The position numbers and the translations under genes were made by a program. The notes below the pieces were generated by a model. It was not told where the DNA came from, made no database searches, and worked only from the letters and a program-made list of their open reading frames with translations. A stretch of 64,000 nt of DNA, taken from the IMG/VR virus record IMGVR_UViG_3300009431_000004; one strand, 5' to 3'. This DNA is from a virus. Below, in pieces: positions 53,516 to 61,516 of this stretch (positions are counted from its first letter, which is position 1; each line of letters opens with the position of its first letter).

Positions 53516-55264
53516 ATGGCGAAACCCTTGAATCCCAAAGCCATAGCCGCTCTGATTGCCAAGATGGACAAGTTCGAGAGGAAGAACCCAAATGTCGAAT
53601 TCCCCCGAGCTGCGGGACTTCTTCAGTTGTTGAAAGACCTCGAAAAGGCGAAGAGTTCTCGGGCAGTCAAGAAAGTCACCGGGGACATCGACAACTACAT
53701 CAAGCGGGGCATCGGGTGGGGGGAACCCAATACCCCTTGGTACGCGGCGACTAGGGCCTTGTACGAATATGCAATGGCCCGGAGGAGAGCCACCTCCGAG
53801 GCTTACGACACGACCAATGTGGACGCGGCCATTGCCTATTTCAAGAAGTACCTGACGGGTTCCACTTTGAAAGAAGTGGTCAAGATATTGGAGGACATCA
53901 GGGGTCTTATGCTCGACCCATCGTCTTTGGGCCTCTACGAGGAAACAGAATTCAGCACCATGCGGGAGGAGATGTCTTGGCCTCTGCAACGCATCAGGAA
54001 GATACTGAAAAGAGAAGTGTACGGTTGGCTGATTGAAAGGGGTTCCAAGGGCCATGCCATCTTTGAAGGGGTCAAGAAACTCAAGAAAATCAAGAAGAAA
54101 TCCCACATGGCCAACCCCGTTGAATGGATGACCTACCGGACCTACCTACGGGACCACCCGCAGGCCGTCAGGGAAGCCCGTCGCCTGCTCACCGAGAGGT
54201 ACGGGGAAGCCTTCGCAGACGCACTGATGGAGTTCATCCGCACCCACAGAGAGGTCCCCTCCGAGGACACCTTCGCAGACCCGCTGTTTCAGGTCCGGCC
54301 CGAGATATTCTCGCAGGCATGGGCCGAACGGCGCGACCTCAAAGGACGGCCCATCGGGGACCGGGTGGACGTGACGACCGACGCGGTGAGCGACCTCTGG
54401 GCGCAGCTCGACACGACCCTCAACCGGGACGGGTGGGACGCCGAACTGGACCGGATGGACGAGACGGACATGCTGTGGAAGTTCGCCGCCCCCGACTCAT
54501 TCGTCGAAATCACCCGCGAGGACTTGGAGGCATGGCTGAACACGCTGCCCCTGAAGGGGAAGTGGAAGCTCAAGACGGGCCGCGTCAGCATCTACCTCCT
54601 GCCCATCAGCAAGTCGGTCGGTATCTCCTTGTCCTCGACCATCGGCTCGAAGGACACCGGCATGGGCCGTGGCAAAGCCAGCATGAATCTGGCCCTCGTC
54701 TCCCTCATCACCGGCAAGGTTCTGAACAAGAAGGCGATGGGCCAGTCCTACTTCAAGCGGACGACGAACTGGAAGAAGACGTGGAAGATCGGGTTCGACC
54801 GGATGGTAGCCGCCTACAAGAAGTCGCAGGGGTTCTACGACGCACTGGCCGAAATTGACGACCGGGACAAGTACAGGGAGGACATCCTTGACAGAATCGT
54901 GGCCTTCGAGGGCTGGGAGTCTGACAACACTCTGTCCGACTTCTATTCACGGGTGCAACGGGGCGGCGTCCTGACCATGAAGCAGTTGGCCCTGCTGGAA
55001 AGCACCCTCAAGCACGACGCCAAGTCCTCCCCGGCCAAGCCTGTTATCGACCAGAAGATGGTTGAGCGACTTCGGTTGCTGTGGACCGTGGCCAAGAAGA
55101 AGGGCGACCCGTGGTTGATGGACTTCGCACAGAGTATCGGGGAGCGTCTCAAGAAAGGGTTGGAACTCAGCTCGAAGCAGGAAGCCGCCCTCGAACGAAA
55201 CCTACGCCAGCACCGGGTCGGGGCCGACGAGCTTCGGGCCATCATTCATGCTGCTGCCGAATGA
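53516..55264 (+). CDS. mosaic hypothetical protein
   Basis: AGGAGG RBS; AT-richer 5' third; repeated L-[TS]-x-KQ motifs near the C-terminus. Confidence 0.75.
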   Translation: MAKPLNPKAIAALIAKMDKFERKNPNVEFPRAAGLLQLLKDLEKAKSSRAVKKVTGDIDNYIKRGIGWGEPNTPWYAATRALYEYAMARRRATSEAYDTTNVDAAIAYFKKYLTGSTLKEVVKILEDIRGLMLDPSSLGLYEETEFSTMREEMSWPLQRIRKILKREVYGWLIERGSKGHAIFEGVKKLKKIKKKSHMANPVEWMTYRTYLRDHPQAVREARRLLTERYGEAFADALMEFIRTHREVPSEDTFADPLFQVRPEIFSQAWAERRDLKGRPIGDRVDVTTDAVSDLWAQLDTTLNRDGWDAELDRMDETDMLWKFAAPDSFVEITREDLEAWLNTLPLKGKWKLKTGRVSIYLLPISKSVGISLSSTIGSKDTGMGRGKASMNLALVSLITGKVLNKKAMGQSYFKRTTNWKKTWKIGFDRMVAAYKKSQGFYDALAEIDDRDKYREDILDRIVAFEGWESDNTLSDFYSRVQRGGVLTMKQLALLESTLKHDAKSSPAKPVIDQKMVERLRLLWTVAKKKGDPWLMDFAQSIGERLKKGLELSSKQEAALERNLRQHRVGADELRAIIHAAAE

Positions 55265-55896
55265 CCCCCTGACGGGCGTTTCACGGCCTTCCGGGTCTTC
55301 GGCTTCCCGTTGCTCTTGCCGTTCCCTTTGGATGCCTTCTTGGGGGTGTCTCCGCTCATCGTGGCCGCAGCCTTGAGTTCTGCCACCCTCGCTTTCCGGG
55401 CTGCGGCCATCTGGGCCTTCCGCAGCTTGTCCTGCTTCGCCTTGTAGGCGATGGCCTTCTTCCTGCGACGTTCCTCGTCGGCGGCCTTGAGCGCGGCCAG
55501 TTTCTCCTGCTGTGCCTTCTTCTTCGCGCTGACCTCCGCAGCCTTCTGGTTCTCTTCCGCCAACCGCTTCTCCATCGCCTTGTTGTCGATGGGGCGCAGG
55601 ACTTGAGTGATGCGGTCGAAGGTGACGACCACGGAGGGGTTCATCACATGGTTGCCGTACTTGCTGACGACCGTCTTAATCTTCCCGGCTGGCACAGCGG
55701 CGTTCTGGACATAGGCCGAAGCCTGTGCGCCGTTGCCGTCCCAATAGGAAACCACGTCCCCGACCTGCACATCGTTGATGTCGCCTTGGGCCGGGACTGC
55801 GTTCTTGGCTCTGGGGTCGCGGAAACCTTGCCGGTAGACAACGAGGTACTTGCCCTCCTGCTGCATTTCCGGCTTGCTGGCTGCTTTTTTCTTCAT
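55246..55896 (-). CDS. Lys/Ala-rich basic protein
   Basis: Start MKKKAAS; histone-like tail. Confidence 0.7.
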   Translation of the reverse strand: MKKKAASKPEMQQEGKYLVVYRQGFRDPRAKNAVPAQGDINDVQVGDVVSYWDGNGAQASAYVQNAAVPAGKIKTVVSKYGNHVMNPSVVVTFDRITQVLRPIDNKAMEKRLAEENQKAAEVSAKKKAQQEKLAALKAADEERRRKKAIAYKAKQDKLRKAQMAAARKARVAELKAAATMSGDTPKKASKGNGKSNGKPKTRKAVKRPSGGHSAAA

Positions 55897-55933
55897 GTCA
55901 CTACTACCCCAATCGTATCGAAGCTCTACCCAC

Positions 55934-56566
55934 CTACACGCCCTGCGGAAGCAGGTCGATGATTTGCACGCCATGTTCACGGGAGAATTCGATGCCGCCC
56001 ACGGAGTCGAAGTCGAACAGCTTGTCGCCGTTGGCGTCCTGCGCCTCGTACCCCTGCACGGTCGTCCCGTGCCGGTTCATCTTGAGCGCGTGGACCAGCG
56101 ACCACGGCTCGCCCAACGCGACCTGTGCCGCCGTGGGCGTGAAAGCCACCGGCTGACCCTTCACGGTTGCCGGTGCCGGGGGCGGAGCCGCCACGACCGC
56201 TGCCGGAGCAGGAGCCGGGCCGGTTCCCGTGGCTACCGCCGAGGCGACGGCCCCGCCGAGCTTCGCAATGCTCTTGGGGGACATGCGCCGGTAGGGGGCA
56301 TCCACGTAGCCGTAGCCCTTGTTCAGCTTCTCTTCCACCTTGTCACGGAGCTTGGACCACGTAATCAACGTGGTCTGGGCGCTCGAACCAACGGCTCCCC
56401 AACCGACCTCGACCATCTCGTCATGGGCGCGTCCGGTGGCGAACCAAAACTTCTCCGACCATCCCCCGGCGTTCGCAGAGTTCGGGCCTCGGAATTCCAG
56501 CCTGAAGGACCACGGGCGTTTCCGCGTCGCCAGCCCTTCGGCATCGGTGATTGTCAAACTGGCCAT
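55934..56566 (-). CDS. WGR-domain protein
   Basis: SEKFW...VGWGAVG...EKLNKGY. Confidence 0.7.
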   Translation of the reverse strand: MASLTITDAEGLATRKRPWSFRLEFRGPNSANAGGWSEKFWFATGRAHDEMVEVGWGAVGSSAQTTLITWSKLRDKVEEKLNKGYGYVDAPYRRMSPKSIAKLGGAVASAVATGTGPAPAPAAVVAAPPPAPATVKGQPVAFTPTAAQVALGEPWSLVHALKMNRHGTTVQGYEAQDANGDKLFDFDSVGGIEFSREHGVQIIDLLPQGV

Positions 56567-56595
56567 CGTCAAAAACCTCTCTCGCCTCAAGCACT

Positions 56596-56623
56596 CAACT
56601 CGCCAGTTTCGGCTCTAAGCCCC
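56596..56623 (-). promoter_or_regulatory. class-I promoter-like motif
   Basis: GGGGCTTAG-N13-GAGTTG. Confidence 0.8.
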
Positions 56624-56654
56624 CCGATTGTAGTTTATTTTTCTTTTATGAAAG

Positions 56655-56682
56655 GGGGCTTAGAGTCGCGTGACGCGAGTGG
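56655..56682 (+). promoter_or_regulatory. class-I promoter-like motif
   Basis: GGGGCTTAG-N13-GAGTGG, divergent pair with T-rich spacer. Confidence 0.8.
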
Positions 56683-56746
56683 GGTACGTAGGAAGATGAG
56701 GTGATGACGATGTTGCCGTTTCCTCGGGGTCGTCTTCGGGATTCTC

Positions 56747-57091
56747 ATGTCCGGCTTCACGGAGTTCCCGTGGAGGTCGGTCGTCGTGGGCGGAGCTGCC
56801 GGTCTTTTCTTGGCCGCCATGGACATCATCCAACCCTACGTCCGCGAACGGACATGGGACATCACGAGGTTCTCCACCCTGCTCCTGAGCTGGGCGTTGA
56901 TAATGGCCATCGAGTTCGTCCCCGCCGTTCGGAGCGCCGTCCCGTGGATGGACGAAACGCCTGCCTTCCACATCAAACACCCCGTTTGGGGGACGCCCCT
57001 GATGCTCGTCGGCATGGCTCTGGTATTGGCCATCATCATCTACTTGCTGGTGGGGGCCATCAGGAGGAAGGACTATGACGACTCACGTTGA
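56747..57091 (+). CDS. membrane protein
   Basis: Three TM segments; true start may be near 56704 across an indel. Confidence 0.65.
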   Translation: MSGFTEFPWRSVVVGGAAGLFLAAMDIIQPYVRERTWDITRFSTLLLSWALIMAIEFVPAVRSAVPWMDETPAFHIKHPVWGTPLMLVGMALVLAIIIYLLVGAIRRKDYDDSR

Positions 57092-57203
57092 CCACGCTGC
57101 CATCGCGCAGGTCACGGCGACCAACTGCTGTGTCTGCCGGGCGCACCTGACCGACGCCGAGTCCGTGGAGCATGGTATCGGAGGGAGGGTTCGATGCCTG
57201 TAA
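57075..57203 (+). pseudogene. orphaned original 5' end of the gene at 59118..60083
   Basis: MTTHVDHAAIAQVTATNCCVCRAHLTDAESVEHGIG, then 6 unrelated codons and TAA; AGGAGG RBS; GC3-rich. Confidence 0.85.
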
Positions 57204-57415
57204 TCTTATTGCCCGTGGTCATTGTGGCTACATCGGTTTGGGTATGGGCGGATGCCCGCGCCCTTGGTGTTCCCAAATTGTACGACCGAGGACAAGTTCA
57301 GCTTGCCCCTTTCGAGTGGTTTGTTCTTTGCCTACTGTTCTGGCCCATCACATTCCCGGTCTATCTTGCAAGAAGACGTAGCTTCAGGGAATTGCGGAAA
57401 TCTGAAGAAAGTTGA
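57194..57415 (+). CDS. small two-TM membrane protein
   Basis: WVWADA...W...LLFWPITFPVYL; GGAGGGAGG RBS. Confidence 0.7.
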   Translation: MPVILLPVVIVATSVWVWADARALGVPKLYDRGQVQLAPFEWFVLCLLFWPITFPVYLARRRSFRELRKSEES

Positions 57416-57446
57416 CCACGGCATCGGACCCTGATACCATCCAACC

Positions 57447-57578
57447 ATGAGTATCGACCTCGACAACATTCGGTGTCGGGACTGCGGACGACGAGTTAAG
57501 AATCCGGGTTACAGAATCACGTATAAGGATTTGGCAAACCGGCTCTGCCCTGAATGTAAAGCAACAAATAACGACTAA
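57447..57578 (+). CDS. 43-aa zinc-ribbon peptide (below the ORF-track cutoff)
   Basis: MSIDLDNIRCRDCGRR...LCPECKATNND; no clear RBS. Confidence 0.45.
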   Translation: MSIDLDNIRCRDCGRRVKNPGYRITYKDLANRLCPECKATNND

Positions 57579-57613
57579 AGTTAACCCGCTGGCCAACGCC
57601 CGAAGTGAGGAGC

Positions 57614-58423
57614 ATGAAACAACTACTACTTTTTGATAGCGCACCAAAAGATCGCAACTGCTCGCCAGTCGGCGTTGAACGTCTTGTTGGGAGTCGTAGC
57701 ACCCAAGCCAGAACCCACCTAGATTTATTTAGTGGTATTGGTGGCTTTGCTCTTGCTGCAAGATGGGCAGGGCTTAAAACTGTGGCGTTTTGTGAGATAG
57801 AAGATTTTTCCAGGAGGGTATTAAGCAAGAACTTTCCGGGCATACCGATACACAAAGACATTAGAGAATTAGAAGGGAGCAAATATGAAGGGATTGGCAT
57901 CATCACAGGGGGATTCCCATGTCAAAACATTAGCAGAGCCGGGACCGGAGCGGGCTTGTCTGGGCATAGATCCAGTCTTTGGTCGGAAATGTTCAGAGTT
58001 ATTGGAGAAGTTCGGCCAAAATGGGTCATTATTGAAAATGCCAGCTCCCTGCGAGGTAATGGGCTTGCGTCCATCCTGCAAGATTTATGGACGCTCGGGT
58101 TCGATGCGGAATGGCATATTATATCAGCAGCCTGCGTTGGTGCCTCACATCAACGGGAAAGAACGTGGATTATTGCAAACTCCGACGGTGGAGGATGCGA
58201 AGCGGCAAGGATCACAGAGAGCTTGGGTAAAGTATTTGCAGGAGAAACATACAAGCAGTTGCCGCCTGCGGAATCAGGCCGCTTTCTTGGACGAGAAGGA
58301 TGGGTACCTGAACCCAGAATGGATCGGATTACTGATGATGTACCCGGCAGGATGGGCGAAATTAGCGGCTACGGAAATGCGATAGTCCCACAGGTTGCTT
58401 ACGAAATACTGAGATGTATTTAG
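57614..58423 (+). CDS. DNA (cytosine-5) methyltransferase, large polypeptide
   Basis: DLFSGIGG, GGFPCQ, IIENA, HQRERTW, GNAIVPQVA. Confidence 0.92.
   Translation: MKQLLLFDSAPKDRNCSPVGVERLVGSRSTQARTHLDLFSGIGGFALAARWAGLKTVAFCEIEDFSRRVLSKNFPGIPIHKDIRELEGSKYEGIGIITGGFPCQNISRAGTGAGLSGHRSSLWSEMFRVIGEVRPKWVIIENASSLRGNGLASILQDLWTLGFDAEWHIISAACVGASHQRERTWIIANSDGGGCEAARITESLGKVFAGETYKQLPPAESGRFLGREGWVPEPRMDRITDDVPGRMGEISGYGNAIVPQVAYEILRCI
57885..58385 (+). CDS. nested alternative-frame second polypeptide of the C5 MTase
   Basis: SGSMRNG, LLQTPT, LNPEWIGLLMMYPAGW (motif IX-like); lies fully inside the MTase gene; start uncertain. Confidence 0.7.
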   Translation: MKGLASSQGDSHVKTLAEPGPERACLGIDPVFGRKCSELLEKFGQNGSLLKMPAPCEVMGLRPSCKIYGRSGSMRNGILYQQPALVPHINGKERGLLQTPTVEDAKRQGSQRAWVKYLQEKHTSSCRLRNQAAFLDEKDGYLNPEWIGLLMMYPAGWAKLAATEMR

Positions 58424-58453
58424 ACACCCAACAGGCGCGTGGGCCGCTTCCCC

Positions 58454-59098
58454 ATGGAAGCAAATGCCAAAATCGTCGTCTCCCCGGCAATGGACCAAGT
58501 GATAATGGGGTCCATCTTGGGAGACGGGCATCTTGAAAGACCTCCTCCCGGAAGCCTGAATTGGGGATTGGGTATTAAGCACGGCCTGAAACAAGAACCT
58601 TATGCCCTGCACAAAGCCAACCTACTCGGCCCCCTAGTTTCAAAAGTAGACCACCCAACGGAACGGGTACGAGTCAGAACAGTGAGGCACCCGCACCTCA
58701 CAGAATGGGCTTCTCTGGCAGTCCCGGCCAAGAAGAAAATCGTCCCGCCGGAACTGATTTCCCAAGTCGGACCTTTGGCTCTCGCTATCTGGTACATGGA
58801 TGATGGGTCATTTCTGACTAAATTGAACAAAGATGGCACCGTCTACAAGCTCATCCGAATCGCGTCCTTCTCATTCACCCCGAAAGAAAACAAAGCCTTG
58901 ATAACCATGCTACAAGAGCGTTTTGAGATTGAGGCACATATCTGGAAACAGCCCAACAAGCGAAAACCGAAATCCCCTTACAAAGGGATTTGGATGTCAA
59001 AAGGTGAAGCCGAGAAGTTCCTGTCCATCACACACCCCTATCTTGAACCAACCTGCATGGCCCACAAATGGGGGCTTAGAGAGCTTTCTACAGAGTAG
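58454..59098 (+). CDS. LAGLIDADG homing endonuclease (two-motif, LAGLIDADG_2 type)
   Basis: IMGSILGDGHL and LAIWYMDDG. Confidence 0.9.
   Translation: MEANAKIVVSPAMDQVIMGSILGDGHLERPPPGSLNWGLGIKHGLKQEPYALHKANLLGPLVSKVDHPTERVRVRTVRHPHLTEWASLAVPAKKKIVPPELISQVGPLALAIWYMDDGSFLTKLNKDGTVYKLIRIASFSFTPKENKALITMLQERFEIEAHIWKQPNKRKPKSPYKGIWMSKGEAEKFLSITHPYLEPTCMAHKWGLRELSTE
59071..59098 (+). promoter_or_regulatory. class-I promoter-like motif embedded in the endonuclease 3' end
   Basis: GGGGCTTAG-N13-GAGTAG; the TAG is the LAGLIDADG stop codon. Confidence 0.8.
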
Positions 59099-59117
59099 AA
59101 ACTGTAGGAGGTGTCAC

Positions 59118-60083
59118 ATGAAACCCTCAACAAGAGCGCAACTTGACCGTATCGCCCTGATGACCGCCACAAATTGCTGTGTTTGTCACGCCCGATTGAC
59201 TGATGCAGAGTCCTTAGAGCATGGCATAGGTCCTGTATGCTCCAAGAAATACTACAACCCCGAGCATCAGCCGACCGACGACATGGTGCTGGACGCCCTC
59301 GGCCTCGTGGCCGTGTCAGGGCTGCCGGACAACATCGTGGATGGCTTCCTTCAGCTCGTGAACAACGACAAGGTGAATGCTCGGAAGGGCTGCAACCTGC
59401 TCATCTATTGGGCCTCATGCAACTACGACAACCGGGAGGAGGTCTTCCGCTGCTCCGCCATCATCCGCACCCTCGGGTACACGGAGCTGGCGGACAAGCT
59501 CGAAATCGACCGCACTGCTGCCCGGATGGTGGACACCGGCACCGAGTGGGTGGTCTACGTCGGCACCAAGTACAAGTTCGAGAAGGACATGGGCTTCGTG
59601 CAGGGCGCGACCAAGGACGAGAACTCCAAGGTCGGCTCGAAGGTCAAGTGGACCATCCCCTACGCGGAGAAGGACCACTTCTTGGCCGTCCTCGGCCTCC
59701 ACTACGGACGGGAACTGGCCTGTGGGGACAACCCCACCGGGGCCAAGGAACGGGTCTGGACCATCGCCAAGACCTACTGGCGCAACGTGCTGGCCTTCCG
59801 CCACCGGACCGCACAGCCGACATCCATCCCTGCCCCGTCCACCGGAACGACCGGGGCAGGCAGCGGGTTCGTGCCGGGGGAAGTCTGTGTGAACCTCAAC
59901 GGACAGGGACTCCTCGAAGTCATCACCCCCTACGATTCGGGGTTCGTGGCTGCCCTCAAGAACGCGGTCCCCTACCGCGACCGTGCATGGGACACCGTGA
60001 ACAAGCACTGGCGGGTGAAGGCGAAACACTTTGTGACCGTCGCTGGCCTCATCGGTCAGTTCTACGGACAGTATTTGGCTTAA
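59118..60083 (+). CDS. DUF6011-like Zn-finger protein with C-terminal HARP-like domain
   Basis: CCVC...LTDAESLEHGIGPVC; TPYDSGFVAALK...RAWD...W; AGGAGG RBS. Confidence 0.75.
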   Translation: MKPSTRAQLDRIALMTATNCCVCHARLTDAESLEHGIGPVCSKKYYNPEHQPTDDMVLDALGLVAVSGLPDNIVDGFLQLVNNDKVNARKGCNLLIYWASCNYDNREEVFRCSAIIRTLGYTELADKLEIDRTAARMVDTGTEWVVYVGTKYKFEKDMGFVQGATKDENSKVGSKVKWTIPYAEKDHFLAVLGLHYGRELACGDNPTGAKERVWTIAKTYWRNVLAFRHRTAQPTSIPAPSTGTTGAGSGFVPGEVCVNLNGQGLLEVITPYDSGFVAALKNAVPYRDRAWDTVNKHWRVKAKHFVTVAGLIGQFYGQYLA

Positions 60084-60166
60084 CAGGGAGGTGCGATGAA
60101 AGCAGGAATCGGGAGGTCCAGCCGGACGCCATCGTCTCGGCCTCTACCGGCTGGGCCTCCTAGCCC

Positions 60167-60721
60167 TCACTGAGGGGCCGGGACCGGCGGCTTCTTCGCC
60201 GGAATCTTCTTGTCTACGTGCTTGAACGCCATCTCCCAGTACGCGATGCCCTGACCACCGGCAAGGAAGGCGAACACCGCTGCGTTCTCGATGCTGTACC
60301 CCGCTGCCAGATAGCTGGCGAACGTGGCGAGGCCCCCGACCACGAAGGAAATCCACGGGACGGACTTCTTGAGCTGGCCCAACCACCCTCTTCGACGGAT
60401 GACCCAGATGCAGACCATGATGATAAGCCCGGCGAGGACTGTCCAACTCCCTCCTCCGGCGAGGACCTGCCCCATCATCTGGGCTGCCTCCTCGGGTGTC
60501 TCGGGCGGCTTCACCGCAGCGGGGACGGGTGGAGGTTCTGGGGCTGCCGGAGCTTCGACCTTTTCGGGGGCAGCGGCCACGACCGGGGCTTCGTCAGCGA
60601 CAACGGCTGCTGGTTCCATGACCTCGACAGCCGTGACCCCCGCGTCGGGGTCTGTCTCCTGTGCGATTGCCGGTACGGCCAGCATCATCATGATGGCCAC
60701 GGTAAGGATGAGACGTTTCAT
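60167..60721 (-). CDS. signal-peptide membrane protein (holin-like C-terminal TMs)
   Basis: Signal peptide, Pro/Ala linker, three TM segments. Confidence 0.65.
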   Translation of the reverse strand: MKRLILTVAIMMMLAVPAIAQETDPDAGVTAVEVMEPAAVVADEAPVVAAAPEKVEAPAAPEPPPVPAAVKPPETPEEAAQMMGQVLAGGGSWTVLAGLIIMVCIWVIRRRGWLGQLKKSVPWISFVVGGLATFASYLAAGYSIENAAVFAFLAGGQGIAYWEMAFKHVDKKIPAKKPPVPAPQ

Positions 60722-60732
60722 GGAGTAACCTC

Positions 60733-61116
60733 CTACTTGGACTTGATACGGTCAAGCAAGTCCTTCTTCGTCCCCGAAACAGGGACGTGAAGGCGCTTGG
60801 CCAGCTTCACCAGTTCCGTCTTCTTGAGCGCGGACAGTTCTTGCGCCTTGGAAGGAGCGCGACGCGGGGTCGCGGACGCGGCACGCTTGGGTGCCTCAAT
60901 GGGGTGGGGTTCGAGCTTGATAGCCCCGGCCTTGGGCGGTTTCTTGTCCGTGTAGACCCGAGCGTAAGGCACCGAGTTCAGCTCCTCTTGGATGGCCTTG
61001 ACCTGCGCCGGAGAGAGGCCCGGCAGGCGGAGCTGCTGCTTGAGCTGACGCTGGTGCTTCTTCTCGTGCAGAACCCGAACCTTGGGGTCCGCTTGTTGTC
61101 GTGACACGAAAGGCAT
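60733..61116 (-). CDS. basic protein with C-terminal SAP/Rho-N-like motif
   Basis: LKKTELVKLAKRLHVPVSGTKKDLLDRI. Confidence 0.7.
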   Translation of the reverse strand: MPFVSRQQADPKVRVLHEKKHQRQLKQQLRLPGLSPAQVKAIQEELNSVPYARVYTDKKPPKAGAIKLEPHPIEAPKRAASATPRRAPSKAQELSALKKTELVKLAKRLHVPVSGTKKDLLDRIKSK

Positions 61117-61117
61117 C

Positions 61118-61516
61118 TCACTCCTCCTTGTGCACTGTCCGGGCGAAGTGGGTCAAGTCCCCGACTTCGAGGGGCTTCCCGCAGTTGGGACATAGTTCGC
61201 CTTCCTGCAAGTCCCCGATTTCCTCGGGCGTCACCATGCAGCCCTTCATGGTGCAGACGACATCGAAGTGGGCCGAGATGGGGCCGTAGTCTTTATCGTC
61301 GATGCCCCCGATGCCGTTCACGACGCCCAGAAGGCCCACAGAGTAGCTCTCCGGGTTGTTGGGGTCTGTCAACACCTGAACGGTGGGATGGGCTGCCATG
61401 GTCGCATTGCACGGCACTCGCGTCTCCACGAGTGCGCGGGTTGCAACCGGGTCCGCCTCCAACATGGAGTTCAGGACTTCGATAAAACGGTCAATGGAAC
61501 AAGGGTCGTGAATCAT
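61118..61516 (-). CDS. phage hypothetical protein with Zn ribbon
   Basis: HPTVQV...GLLGVVNG; CPNCG. Confidence 0.7.
   Translation of the reverse strand: MIHDPCSIDRFIEVLNSMLEADPVATRALVETRVPCNATMAAHPTVQVLTDPNNPESYSVGLLGVVNGIGGIDDKDYGPISAHFDVVCTMKGCMVTPEEIGDLQEGELCPNCGKPLEVGDLTHFARTVHKEE

Larger units (their letters stand above)
57183..59237 (+). mobile_element. AT-richer inserted cassette: membrane protein, Zn ribbon, C5 MTase, LAGLIDADG, promoter and replacement 5' end
   Basis: Bounded by duplicated HGIG(P) coding motifs; codon usage shifts at both ends; right boundary approximate. Confidence 0.8.

Noticed and set aside
57605-59098. Type II restriction-modification pair (MTase plus nuclease)
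   Set aside because: The nuclease is a LAGLIDADG homing type with long targets, not a restriction enzyme. A functional link to the MTase is unproven.
58923-59117. ORF-track N-terminal extension of the Zn-finger gene
   Set aside because: It overlaps the LAGLIDADG gene. The AGGAGG RBS and promoter motif point to ATG 59118.
57183-59219. Group I intron interrupting the Zn-finger gene
   Set aside because: The downstream part has its own promoter motif, RBS and a full duplicate 5' end, so splicing is unnecessary. No intron core was recognised and the interval is filled with ORFs.
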